Shown here: positions 27,131 to 36,121 of the stretch, one piece after another
Layout of the letters: each line of letters opens with the position of its first letter
How positions within the stretch are numbered: the stretch's first letter is position 1
From: Chryseobacterium gleum
GTDB lineage: Bacteria; Bacteroidota; Bacteroidia; Flavobacteriales_D; Crocinitomicaceae
DNA length: 41,545 nt
Direction: 5' to 3'
NCBI GenBank assembly: GCA_945877005.1
Contig: CAMCQL010000001.1
Location: 1-41,545, forward strand
Position numbers and translations under genes: made by a program
Notes under the pieces: generated by a model
Told to the model about the DNA's origin: nothing
Seen by the model: the letters and a program-made list of their open reading frames with translations, nothing else
Database searches by the model: none

Positions 27131-29158
27131 ATGAAATTTGAACATAGTAACTTTTTGTTTGGTTTTTTATTATTGCTGATTCCGATAATAATACATCTAT
27201 TTAATTTCAGAAGGTATAAAGTCTATTATTTTTCTAGTATACAATTTTTAAAAAATATACAAGAAGAATCTAAATCTGTAAAAAAGATAAAAGACATTTT
27301 AGTGCTTTGTTCAAGAATTCTTGCATTTTCGTGTCTCATTCTTGCATTCGCACAACCTTACCTTCCTTTAAAAAACGAAGTCAATAATCACCTATCATCC
27401 ATCACAACAATATACGTAGACAATTCATTTTCAATGTCTCAATCTGGAACTGATGGGCAATTATTATCAGAAGCAAAAGAACAAGCGCGTAAATTTATTT
27501 TACAATCTACAAACAAAACTAAATTTCTTTTAGTTACCAACGACTTATCAGGTATCGAGCGAAAAATTTTCAATCAAAAAGATGCCTTAAAAAGATTGGA
27601 CAAAATCACACTTTCTCCTCTCGTACATCCTATTAGTAGAATTGTTAATTGGATGAAAGAAAGTGCAACAAACTCATCCACTGCCAATCAACCACCGTTA
27701 AAAATAGTTTTACTCTCAGATTTTCAAAAAAAAAATAGTGACTTCAATAAATTAGAAAAAGACACTTACAATCATTACTATCCTATACAATTTTTACCTG
27801 AAGAAACATCCAACATTAGTATCGATTCCATTTGGTTTACAGATCCAAATTTCAAAATAAAACAAAACAATGAGTTAACAATTCAACTTACCAATCATGG
27901 AAAAAATGATGTTAAAAACAAAGAATTAACATTAGATATAAATGGAAGTAAACGGACTGTGTTTTTCGAAATCCCTTCAAAAAACTCAAAAAACATCACC
28001 CTTAACTACGCGGATTATCAAACAGGATTAAAATCTGGGTCAATACATATAAACGACAATCATTTGAAATTTGATGACGATTATTATTTCACTTATGAAG
28101 TCTTCAATCGTGCAAATATATTGATTATTAATGGCGAACAAAACAATCTCAACATTAGTAAAACATTTGGTTTGGACACATACTATCATACAACCGAAAT
28201 AAAAGCAACTTCTTTTGTTGCCGATCAATTAACAAACCAACAATTAGTTGTACTAAACGGAATCAATTCATTCAGTGATGGAATGACCGAAGCATTGGTT
28301 GAATTTTCAAATCAAAATGGATCATTAATCTACTTTCCTGGAACCTCAATGGAGTATCAATCTATTAATAAATTGATGGCTGATCTAAAAATTGGATCTT
28401 TCTCTCCTGGAAAAAAACATGAATTTTCTATTCAAAACATTGCTTATGAAGATGATTTTTTTAAGGGTATATTTGAAAAAAAGCCAGAAAAATTAAATGT
28501 GCCATTAATTAAAAAAAACTATGGATTTACTGCAAACGATAATACTGAAGTATTAATAGCATTAAATAATAACACTCCTCTTCTTTTGAAAAACAAAACT
28601 TCAATCGTATTCACAAGTTGCTTGGATTCAACTTTTTCAAATTTCACCTCGAATGCTTTGTTTCCATCAATTTTATTAAGAACTGCTGAAATAAGCCAAA
28701 AAAAAACGCCCCTATTTCTTACTATTGGAACACAGAATACATTTCCTATTTATACTCCAACACAAAGCAACATCCCCTTTCGATTATCTAATTCAACAAC
28801 AGATGTAATTCCTAGAGTGGAACGGAAAAATCAGATTAGCTATATCTCATTGTATGGAATAAAATCAAATTCATTGCAAAAGCAAGGGATTTATGACCTT
28901 AAATGCTCTGATTTTCGAACAAAAATTGCCTTAAATTTAAATCGTTCAGAATCTAACATCGAACTATTATCTCAGAAAGAAATTGCCACACTACTTGATG
29001 TTGCAAAAATAAGAAATCAACACATCGATTCAATTGAGGATGGGATAGTTTCAAAGCAATTAGATTTAGAAAAGCCAAAAGAATATTGGCGGATTTTTAT
29101 AATTTTAGCAATATCTTTTTTTATTGCTGAAATGGCAATCATTAAATTTATGCGTTGA
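27131..29158 (+). CDS. BatA-domain (N-terminal double-TM aerotolerance-type) membrane protein
   Basis: 675 aa. The N-terminus FLFGFLLLLIPIIIHLFNFRRYK followed by a second TM is typical of the BatA_N/two-anchor domain. There is an extra C-terminal TM (IFIILAISFFIAEMAII). It starts 9 nt after the uvrA stop. Confidence 0.7.
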   Translation: MKFEHSNFLFGFLLLLIPIIIHLFNFRRYKVYYFSSIQFLKNIQEESKSVKKIKDILVLCSRILAFSCLILAFAQPYLPLKNEVNNHLSSITTIYVDNSFSMSQSGTDGQLLSEAKEQARKFILQSTNKTKFLLVTNDLSGIERKIFNQKDALKRLDKITLSPLVHPISRIVNWMKESATNSSTANQPPLKIVLLSDFQKKNSDFNKLEKDTYNHYYPIQFLPEETSNISIDSIWFTDPNFKIKQNNELTIQLTNHGKNDVKNKELTLDINGSKRTVFFEIPSKNSKNITLNYADYQTGLKSGSIHINDNHLKFDDDYYFTYEVFNRANILIINGEQNNLNISKTFGLDTYYHTTEIKATSFVADQLTNQQLVVLNGINSFSDGMTEALVEFSNQNGSLIYFPGTSMEYQSINKLMADLKIGSFSPGKKHEFSIQNIAYEDDFFKGIFEKKPEKLNVPLIKKNYGFTANDNTEVLIALNNNTPLLLKNKTSIVFTSCLDSTFSNFTSNALFPSILLRTAEISQKKTPLFLTIGTQNTFPIYTPTQSNIPFRLSNSTTDVIPRVERKNQISYISLYGIKSNSLQKQGIYDLKCSDFRTKIALNLNRSESNIELLSQKEIATLLDVAKIRNQHIDSIEDGIVSKQLDLEKPKEYWRIFIILAISFFIAEMAIIKFMR

Positions 29159-29213
29159 AACTAAATACACCTATTAAATCGATTAATTTATTTTCCAACT
29201 AATATAATATCCT

Positions 29214-30473
29214 ATGAAATTTCTCATTAAAAAAGTTACAATCGCGGATAGGTCTTCTTCTTACTTCAACAAAATCAAAGATATTTTAATAGAGGATGGA
29301 ATAATTGAAAAAATTGAGGATACTATTAATGACTTAGAAGCGTATTGTATACAAAAAGAAGGAGTATACATTTCACAGGGTTGGGTCGATTTAAAAGCTC
29401 ATTTTTGTGATCCTGGAGATGAACATAAAGAAACAATCGAATCTGGATTAGAAGCGGCGGCGGCTGGAGGATTCACTCATGTTGCTATGCTACCTTCTAC
29501 CCTACCTGTTTACGACAATAAAATGTCCATAGAATACGCTTTAAGAAGAGCAGAAAACGCAGTAACAAAACTACATCCTTTAGGTTGTGTGACCGAAAAA
29601 ATGAAAGGTGAAAACCTATCTGAAATGTTTGATATGAAACAGTCGGGCACTTCACTTTTCACAGATGACACAAAAACTCTTACAACCGGAATCCTATATC
29701 GTGCATTATTGTACTCAAAAAATTTCGAAGGAACAATCATTACTTTTTGTAATGATGAATCATTATCTGAAGGAGAACAAGTAAACGAAGGAGAAGCATC
29801 AACCAAAACAGGACTAAAAGCAGGACCTAGTATCTCTGAAATAATTACAATTGAAAGAAACCTTCAACTTGCTAAATATACAGAAGGGAATCTTCATATT
29901 TCTGGCCTGTCTTCAAAAGAAGGAGTGGAACGAATTAAACAAGCGAAACAAGAAGGAATTTCCGTTACATGTGATGTTCATGTCGAACAACTACTTTTTA
30001 ACGAAACAGATGTGTTGACCTTTGACGTTAATTACAAATTAAAACCAGTATTAAGAAGAGAAAGCGACAGACTTGCACTTATAAAAGGTGTAATTGAAGG
30101 GACAATTGATGCAATCGTATCCAATCATCGTCCTCAAGATACTGAAGAAAAAGATGTAGAATTTGATCATGCTTCTTTTGGAAACATTACTCTACAGACA
30201 CTTTTTTGTAGTTTGAAAGACAAAAATGAAATCGAAACACAACAAATAATCGATGTTTTGTCTCAAAATAATAGAAAAATCATGAAATTAGAATCACACT
30301 CGATTGAACCCTCAAACTTTGCAGACATCACACTGTTTCAACCAAATGAAAATTGGACATTTAACAAAGAAAATTGTCTTTCATCTACCCACAATTCTCC
30401 ATTCTTAGGACATACTTTTGAAAGTAAAGTAGTAGGTGTAATAGTAGGCGATAAACTGTCACTCAACGACTAA
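29214..30473 (+). CDS. Dihydroorotase-fold (amidohydrolase) protein, apparently lacking metal/catalytic ligands (PyrC-prime-like)
   Basis: 419 aa. It shows clear colinearity with class I DHOase blocks (GWVDLKAHFCDPGDEHKETIESGLEAAAAGGFT, FTDD, DAIVSNHRPQ), but key His/Asp positions are substituted (see finding). Confidence 0.75.
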   Translation: MKFLIKKVTIADRSSSYFNKIKDILIEDGIIEKIEDTINDLEAYCIQKEGVYISQGWVDLKAHFCDPGDEHKETIESGLEAAAAGGFTHVAMLPSTLPVYDNKMSIEYALRRAENAVTKLHPLGCVTEKMKGENLSEMFDMKQSGTSLFTDDTKTLTTGILYRALLYSKNFEGTIITFCNDESLSEGEQVNEGEASTKTGLKAGPSISEIITIERNLQLAKYTEGNLHISGLSSKEGVERIKQAKQEGISVTCDVHVEQLLFNETDVLTFDVNYKLKPVLRRESDRLALIKGVIEGTIDAIVSNHRPQDTEEKDVEFDHASFGNITLQTLFCSLKDKNEIETQQIIDVLSQNNRKIMKLESHSIEPSNFADITLFQPNENWTFNKENCLSSTHNSPFLGHTFESKVVGVIVGDKLSLND

Positions 30474-30476
30474 TCA

Positions 30477-31037
30477 ATGAGAAATAAACGTTCTTTTTTT
30501 CAACTTTTTCTGAAAGAGAAAAAAATGATTGGATCTATAAGTCCAAGCTCAAATTACTTAGCTGAAAAAATGTTAGAAAACATTGATTTTGACAATTGTA
30601 AAACCATTGTTGAAATTGGACCGGGAACTGGCGTTTTCACAAAAAAAATCATTGAAAAATTAGCTCTAAATAGTAGACTGATTGTTTTTGAACTTAATAC
30701 GCTTTTTTTCGAGCAATTGAAAACTGAAATCTCAGATTCAAGGGTGACAATTATAAATGATTCTGCCGAAAATTTGAGTAAACATTTATCAAATCTTGGT
30801 TTAGAAACTACGGACTATATCATTTCTTCGTTGCCTTTATCCAATTTCCCATTAAGGTTTATTGCACGACTTTTAAAACAATTTAACACTGTATTGACCA
30901 AACCAGGTAAGTATGTTCAATTTCAATATTCATTGGGAGCAAAAGGAATTATTGAAAGGACTTTTTCTAAGGTTGATATTAGCTTTACACCATTGAATCT
31001 TCCTCCAGCATTTGTATATACATGTTCAAAAAAATAA
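30477..31037 (+). CDS. Class I SAM-dependent methyltransferase, PmtA/COG3963-like (phospholipid N-methyltransferase-like)
   Basis: 186 aa. N-terminal IGSISPSSNYLAEKM block plus SAM motif I VEIGPGTGVFT. It starts 3 nt after the previous stop. Confidence 0.7.
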   Translation: MRNKRSFFQLFLKEKKMIGSISPSSNYLAEKMLENIDFDNCKTIVEIGPGTGVFTKKIIEKLALNSRLIVFELNTLFFEQLKTEISDSRVTIINDSAENLSKHLSNLGLETTDYIISSLPLSNFPLRFIARLLKQFNTVLTKPGKYVQFQYSLGAKGIIERTFSKVDISFTPLNLPPAFVYTCSKK

Positions 31038-33046
31038 TCCGACAATTATTTTTTCTTTTCAGCCGTCACTTTCTAATCACATTAATTGGAATAAGTGCAT
31101 TGTTATTTATACGATTAATTGAATTTTACACTATCCATCATTACCAGATCAACGAATATAGTGTTTCATTTTTACTAAAATTTGGTGCGCATCTTGATGT
31201 TTTTTTCTGTCTTTTTTTTTCAATTTGGATATTACCATTCATAATTATATCTAATCGTTGGTCAAAAATCCAAACTTTTTGTTTTCAATTTTATAAATTA
31301 AGTTGGATACTTTTCATTCTTCTTGAAACACTTTTAACCCATTTTTTTATTTCTTCCGATTATTTACTCACGAGTGTTGTGTTTGAATTTAAATGGAGCG
31401 AAATATATCATATCATTCAAATTGAAAATGAAACAAATAGACCATTCGTTTTTTGCCTTTATACTGTCCCGATACTCTATTCATATTTAATCCTACGATT
31501 TAAGTATGAAAAACTAACAAACATAAACATCTACCTATCATTAATCTACATTCTTTTAATTTGCATCATAATTAAGAACAACAAAAATTCAAGAAGAGAT
31601 GCATCGTATTTCAAAAATCAATATGAATATTATCTTGGAAACAATAAAACAAACCATTTTATTCATAGTTTTTATAAACGGGATTTCTCCAAAAAATACA
31701 CTGATAAATCATTAATTGAGGCGATTAACGCTTATCATAAATTACACCCAAGCTTTAATTTTAACTCTTTGGAATACCCTTTAATGCATGATGAATCTAC
31801 ACCAAACACGTTGGGAAAATACTTTAAACATTCAAAAGTACCACCAAATATAATTTTCATTATTTCAGAAGGATTATCCGGAGGAATTTCTGGATTACAC
31901 CCTACTGCTCAATCACTTACTCCTTTCGTTGATTCATTGGCAAAAAATGGCTTGTATTGGTCCAATTTTCTTTCTAATTGTTTCAGAACATTCGGTGTTC
32001 TTCCCAATTCCCTCGGTTCATTGATTTCAGGCACAGTAGAACGAGGATTTGTCAATTTTGATGGTACCCAATATTTTGGTCAGCGTTATCCAACACATCA
32101 AACCCTACCTTCATTATTACATCAGAAAAACTATCACACCTCTTTTTTTTATGGTGGTTGGGGTGATTTTGATAATTATTTCAATTACTTAAAAGCTCAA
32201 TCTACAGATCTTTTAATCGATTTTAACTCATTTGACTCTACCAATTATTTATCTCCATCCAAAAGAAATCCTGGTAAATTTTGTTGGGGTTACGATGATA
32301 AATCATTATTTAGTCAATGGTTAGATGAATACCATAAAGGAAAAATCAAAGCTCCTTTTCATTCTATTTTACTAACATTAAATATGCATGAGCCATACAA
32401 CATTACACCTACAAAATATACTAATCAACAATTCATTAACCAGCGTTTAAGAGATATTAAACAATATAATAACTACAAAAATAGAGACCCATTGATCTTA
32501 GGTTCAATCTTTTATTACGATGATGCAGTGAAATACTTTTTCAAACAATTTTCAAAAACAAAAGCATATAAAAATACAATTTTCATCCTCTTTGGAGATC
32601 ATCATTCGTTTGAATCTTATTTAGATAATCCTTTAGAAATTTATCATGTTCCTTTTATTATTTTCTCTCCCTTAATTAAACAAGCAAAAGTTTTTAAAGG
32701 AGTTTCAACTCATTTAGACATTACTCCGAGTTTAACCAGTTTATTATCTGAGAGTTTCAATATTCAATTTCCTAAAAACAAACATTGGATCAGTGAAGGA
32801 TTAGATACATCGCAAAATTTCAACTGCAATAAAAACGTACCTTTTGCTCCCTATTCATTAGATTTTCCTCAACTTCTATTAGGGGATAAATTCCTTCATC
32901 AAAATAAAGTTTACCAAATAAAGAGTGCATTAACGACTAGAGAAATTAAAAACGCTCAATTAATTAAAAAATTTAAGCAACAGTTAAAGAATTATCAATT
33001 AGTAGATTACTACACTTGCTCCAAAAATAAAATCTATAAAAAATAA
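31022..33046 (+). CDS. LTA-synthase/sulfatase-family membrane enzyme (alkaline-phosphatase superfamily phosphotransferase)
   Basis: 674 aa. A multi-TM N-terminal domain is followed by an extracytoplasmic domain with IFIISEGLSGG, a candidate nucleophile in CFRTFGVLPNSLGS, and the metal motif FILFGDHHS. It overlaps the methyltransferase gene by 16 nt. Confidence 0.75.
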   Translation: MFKKIIRQLFFLFSRHFLITLIGISALLFIRLIEFYTIHHYQINEYSVSFLLKFGAHLDVFFCLFFSIWILPFIIISNRWSKIQTFCFQFYKLSWILFILLETLLTHFFISSDYLLTSVVFEFKWSEIYHIIQIENETNRPFVFCLYTVPILYSYLILRFKYEKLTNINIYLSLIYILLICIIIKNNKNSRRDASYFKNQYEYYLGNNKTNHFIHSFYKRDFSKKYTDKSLIEAINAYHKLHPSFNFNSLEYPLMHDESTPNTLGKYFKHSKVPPNIIFIISEGLSGGISGLHPTAQSLTPFVDSLAKNGLYWSNFLSNCFRTFGVLPNSLGSLISGTVERGFVNFDGTQYFGQRYPTHQTLPSLLHQKNYHTSFFYGGWGDFDNYFNYLKAQSTDLLIDFNSFDSTNYLSPSKRNPGKFCWGYDDKSLFSQWLDEYHKGKIKAPFHSILLTLNMHEPYNITPTKYTNQQFINQRLRDIKQYNNYKNRDPLILGSIFYYDDAVKYFFKQFSKTKAYKNTIFILFGDHHSFESYLDNPLEIYHVPFIIFSPLIKQAKVFKGVSTHLDITPSLTSLLSESFNIQFPKNKHWISEGLDTSQNFNCNKNVPFAPYSLDFPQLLLGDKFLHQNKVYQIKSALTTREIKNAQLIKKFKQQLKNYQLVDYYTCSKNKIYKK

Positions 33047-33084
33047 GTTTCTTGCCCCTTTATTTCAGACCAAAAAGTTATTTG

Positions 33085-33092
33085 TAAATTTG
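33085..33092 (+). promoter_or_regulatory. -7 box TAAATTTG upstream of the FKBP gene pair
   Basis: Exact TAnnTTTG match 17 nt upstream of the ATG at 33110. Confidence 0.45.
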
Positions 33093-33109
33093 CACTTAAA
33101 AAAATAATT

Positions 33110-33712
33110 ATGACTCAAGAATTAGAAGCAGTAAGTTACTGCGTAGGACTTAGTGTAGCTACAAGTTTACAAGAACAAAACCTAGAATCTCTTAATCCTA
33201 ATGCTATTTCAGATGCAATTGAAGATGTGTTTAGTGGTAAAGAGTTGAAATTTTCAGCTGAAGAAGCCTCTAAAATAATTCAACAATACATTCAGGAAAA
33301 AAGTGAGCAACAATTTGCGAAAAACAAAACTGAAGGAGAATTATTTTTATCCGAAAATAAAAAGAGACCAGAAATACTGTCTACTGAATCAGGATTGCAA
33401 TACGAAGTAATCACAAAAGGTTCTGGAAACAAACCTAATGCAACAGATACAGTTGAAGTTCATTACCATGGAACATTGATCGACGGTACTGTTTTTGACA
33501 GCTCTATACAACGAGGTACATCGACTTCTTTTGGAGTTCACCAAGTAATCAAAGGTTGGACTGAAGCACTTCAATTAATGGAAGAAGGTTCAAAATACCG
33601 CTTATACATCCCACAAGATTTAGCATATGGCGCAAATCCACATCCTGGTGGAGCAATTGAACCATTTATGGCTCTAATTTTCGATGTTGAACTTATTGCA
33701 ATCAAAGGATAA
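33110..33712 (+). CDS. fklB: FKBP-type peptidyl-prolyl cis-trans isomerase (FklB/Mip-like, no signal peptide)
   Basis: 200 aa. An N-terminal helical dimerisation-type region is followed by the FKBP core VEVHYHGTLIDGTVFDSS...VIKGWTEALQLMEEGSKYRLYIPQDLAYG. Confidence 0.85.
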   Translation: MTQELEAVSYCVGLSVATSLQEQNLESLNPNAISDAIEDVFSGKELKFSAEEASKIIQQYIQEKSEQQFAKNKTEGELFLSENKKRPEILSTESGLQYEVITKGSGNKPNATDTVEVHYHGTLIDGTVFDSSIQRGTSTSFGVHQVIKGWTEALQLMEEGSKYRLYIPQDLAYGANPHPGGAIEPFMALIFDVELIAIKG

Positions 33713-34647
33713 TGAAATTACTACTAAGTGTTTTCGCTCTAATTCTACTTTTCTCAAATTGCGCAGGAGATTCTTCCGAAGAAAAAGTTGATTTAAAAAC
33801 TTTTAAAGATAAAATTTCCTATGCTTTAGGAGCTGATCATGCTCGTGCCATTTCTGAATCTGGAGATCCTAATTACGACAAATACAACTTTGAAAAATTG
33901 ATAGATGGCTTCATTATTGGATTAAAGAATAGTGAGGCTTTTGACAAAGACTGTAGAAATACACTCATGAAATTGTACGGGGAAAATGGGAGAGAATTTC
34001 ACGAGAAATTTTCAATACACGGATCAGAATGTGTAGGAAAACTTTCAGGTTCAATTTTTCATGCAAGTTGGAAAAAAAACAAAGCTTTAAATAAAATTGA
34101 TTTAGAAAAAGTTATAATTGGTTTCAAACACGGTATTGCTAAAAAAGATACTTTAGTAAAACGTGAAGAACAAGCAATGATGATTCAAAGTTTCATGTTT
34201 GATGTCTACAAATTGAACGGACTTGAAATGATTGAAAAAGCTAAAAAAATCAAAGGAGCTTTGATCCATTCAAGTGGAATTGTTGTGGAAACAATCGAAC
34301 AAGGTACAGGTACAAAACCTGCAAAAGGTGATGATGTATTAGCACATTACATACTAATGAATGCAACAGGTGATACACTTCAAAACTCGTATGACATTGT
34401 TAAGATATACAAACAACCACTTACTGCATTTTCATTAAATTCAGTAATACCTGGATGGCAAGAAGGTATGCCCCTTTTAAACAAAGGTGGTAAATATAAA
34501 TTGTATATCCCTTACCATTTGGCTTATGGTGAAACAGGTATGTATAATCCCCAATCAAAATCTTACGATATTCAACCTTACCAATCATTAGTTTTCTTTA
34601 TCGAGTTAATTAACCACGGAAAATCAGGTTCATTAACAAAAAAATAA
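33712..34647 (+). CDS. FKBP-type peptidyl-prolyl isomerase lipoprotein
   Basis: 311 aa. Signal peptide plus Cys (LLFSNC). C-terminal FKBP core VIPGWQEGMPLLNKGGKYKLYIPYHLAYG. Its ATG shares 1 nt with the previous TAA (TAATG). Confidence 0.8.
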   Translation: MKLLLSVFALILLFSNCAGDSSEEKVDLKTFKDKISYALGADHARAISESGDPNYDKYNFEKLIDGFIIGLKNSEAFDKDCRNTLMKLYGENGREFHEKFSIHGSECVGKLSGSIFHASWKKNKALNKIDLEKVIIGFKHGIAKKDTLVKREEQAMMIQSFMFDVYKLNGLEMIEKAKKIKGALIHSSGIVVETIEQGTGTKPAKGDDVLAHYILMNATGDTLQNSYDIVKIYKQPLTAFSLNSVIPGWQEGMPLLNKGGKYKLYIPYHLAYGETGMYNPQSKSYDIQPYQSLVFFIELINHGKSGSLTKK

Positions 34648-34669
34648 CATCGAATAACTTCGTTAATTT

Positions 34670-34709
34670 ATCCACTGTCATCTATATTGGCAGTGGATTC
34701 TTATTTTTT
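34670..34709 (+). terminator. Intrinsic terminator after the FKBP pair
   Basis: An 11-bp stem (ATCCACTGTCA / TGGCAGTGGAT, one G-U pair) with a 7-nt loop, followed by TCTTATTTTTT. Confidence 0.7.
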
Positions 34710-34741
34710 AAACAACAAAAGTTAATAATTAGAACTAATTT

Positions 34742-35989
34742 ATGAAATCTATTTCTATTTTAAATAAATATAAATTTGAATTCATTTTAAACTTGCTGGT
34801 AATTCTATTTTATATATTTATTTATACAAATTTACACTTTCAATTAAGTGAAAATATAATGTTTTCAACGCCTGACTCTCTTTCATATCTAAACGTGAGT
34901 AAATGGATTGAAACAGGCAATGTAACAAATTCAATAGAAATTAGACCCTTTTTATTTCCGCTTTTACTCTTTATTTGCTTGAAAATCGGATATTTCACAA
35001 TTTGGTTTCTTCATTTAATATTTTGGATCATATCTTACAATTTAATCTATCAAACAGTCGTGAGTATAACAAATAATAAAATTTATTCAGTTTTACCAGT
35101 ATTGTTCTTTGTCACCAATCTTTCATTAATTACCATGTCTTTTCATGCTTTAACTGAGTTAACTGCAACATTTCTCATTAGTTTATTTTGTTATATAATT
35201 GTCAAATATCGTTTTGTCCTAAAGGAAATTAAAATTTTTCATTATCTGTTAATTGTTTTAATATTTCTTAGTCTAATTAGACCAGTATTTACTTATTTCA
35301 CGCTTTTTTTTGGTGTTTTAATGTTAATTAAGGGAAATTTTAAAAACTATTTTCAAAAACCAAAGCTTTTGTATTTATTGATTTTAATTATATCTCCTTT
35401 GATTATTCAGATTACAATAAATAAAATAACATTCAATTCTATTTCAATTTCAAAAATAGGTAATCAAACTATTACTGATTATTATCTAACTGATGGAATA
35501 ATTCATTTAAAAAATAAAAACAGAAATGAGGCTAGAAAAATTGCAAGAGAAATGAATAGATCTAAAAAAATTGAACTTCTTATGAATAACAAATTGCTTT
35601 ATTTAAGAATTTATAAAAATAATATAATAGAAAACATACGATCATCTTCAAATTTCCTTAATTATCCTAAAGGGTCAATCAGCCCTAATATGTATAATAC
35701 GATGATAATTTTGAATAAAATATACTTTCAATTACATATAATTTTTGCTTTTTTGATTCCAATTTCACTAATTATTATGTATAAACAAAAAAAAACTGAA
35801 CTAATTTTTCTAACTATTTCTATCAACTCAATATTAATATTTATACTTTTAACTTCCGGTGTTTCAAATCGCCAAGGGGACAGACTTGCCCTACCTTCAA
35901 TTGGCTGTTGGACAACACTTTACTCGATTGTTTTATTTTCAATTTTAAAAAATAAAAATCTATTTTTCGGAAAATTTAGATTTCTTTAA
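34742..35989 (+). CDS. Polytopic membrane protein, GT-C / PMT_2 (ArnT-like) glycosyltransferase-like (tentative)
   Basis: 415 aa with about 10 or more hydrophobic helices. The first loop TPDSLSYLNVSKWIETG followed by RPFLFPLLL resembles the Dxx(x)Y ... RPPLYP signature of GT-C enzymes. The gene is very AT-rich. Confidence 0.45.
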   Translation: MKSISILNKYKFEFILNLLVILFYIFIYTNLHFQLSENIMFSTPDSLSYLNVSKWIETGNVTNSIEIRPFLFPLLLFICLKIGYFTIWFLHLIFWIISYNLIYQTVVSITNNKIYSVLPVLFFVTNLSLITMSFHALTELTATFLISLFCYIIVKYRFVLKEIKIFHYLLIVLIFLSLIRPVFTYFTLFFGVLMLIKGNFKNYFQKPKLLYLLILIISPLIIQITINKITFNSISISKIGNQTITDYYLTDGIIHLKNKNRNEARKIAREMNRSKKIELLMNNKLLYLRIYKNNIIENIRSSSNFLNYPKGSISPNMYNTMIILNKIYFQLHIIFAFLIPISLIIMYKQKKTELIFLTISINSILIFILLTSGVSNRQGDRLALPSIGCWTTLYSIVLFSILKNKNLFFGKFRFL

Positions 35990-36055
35990 TACTTTATAAA
36001 ACAAAAAACCTTAGAGTTGTTACTCTTTCTTATAATAATGTATTAAATAAAGCAT

Positions 36056-36063
36056 TATTTTTG
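36056..36063 (+). promoter_or_regulatory. -7 box TATTTTTG upstream of the second lipoprotein paralogue
   Basis: TAnnTTTG match 58 nt upstream of the ATG at 36122. Confidence 0.3.
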
Positions 36064-36121
36064 TCACTTTATTTCAATAACTGTGTGATTGAAATGTTTA
36101 TTTTTTTAATTTTTTTTTAAT

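Noticed and set aside
30477-31037. The small methyltransferase as a DNA methyltransferase or restriction-modification component.
   Set aside because: It has no DPPY/NPPY or PCQ-type catalytic motif, no target-recognition domain and no adjacent nuclease. Its N-terminal PSS..LA block and size fit small-molecule or lipid methyltransferases instead.
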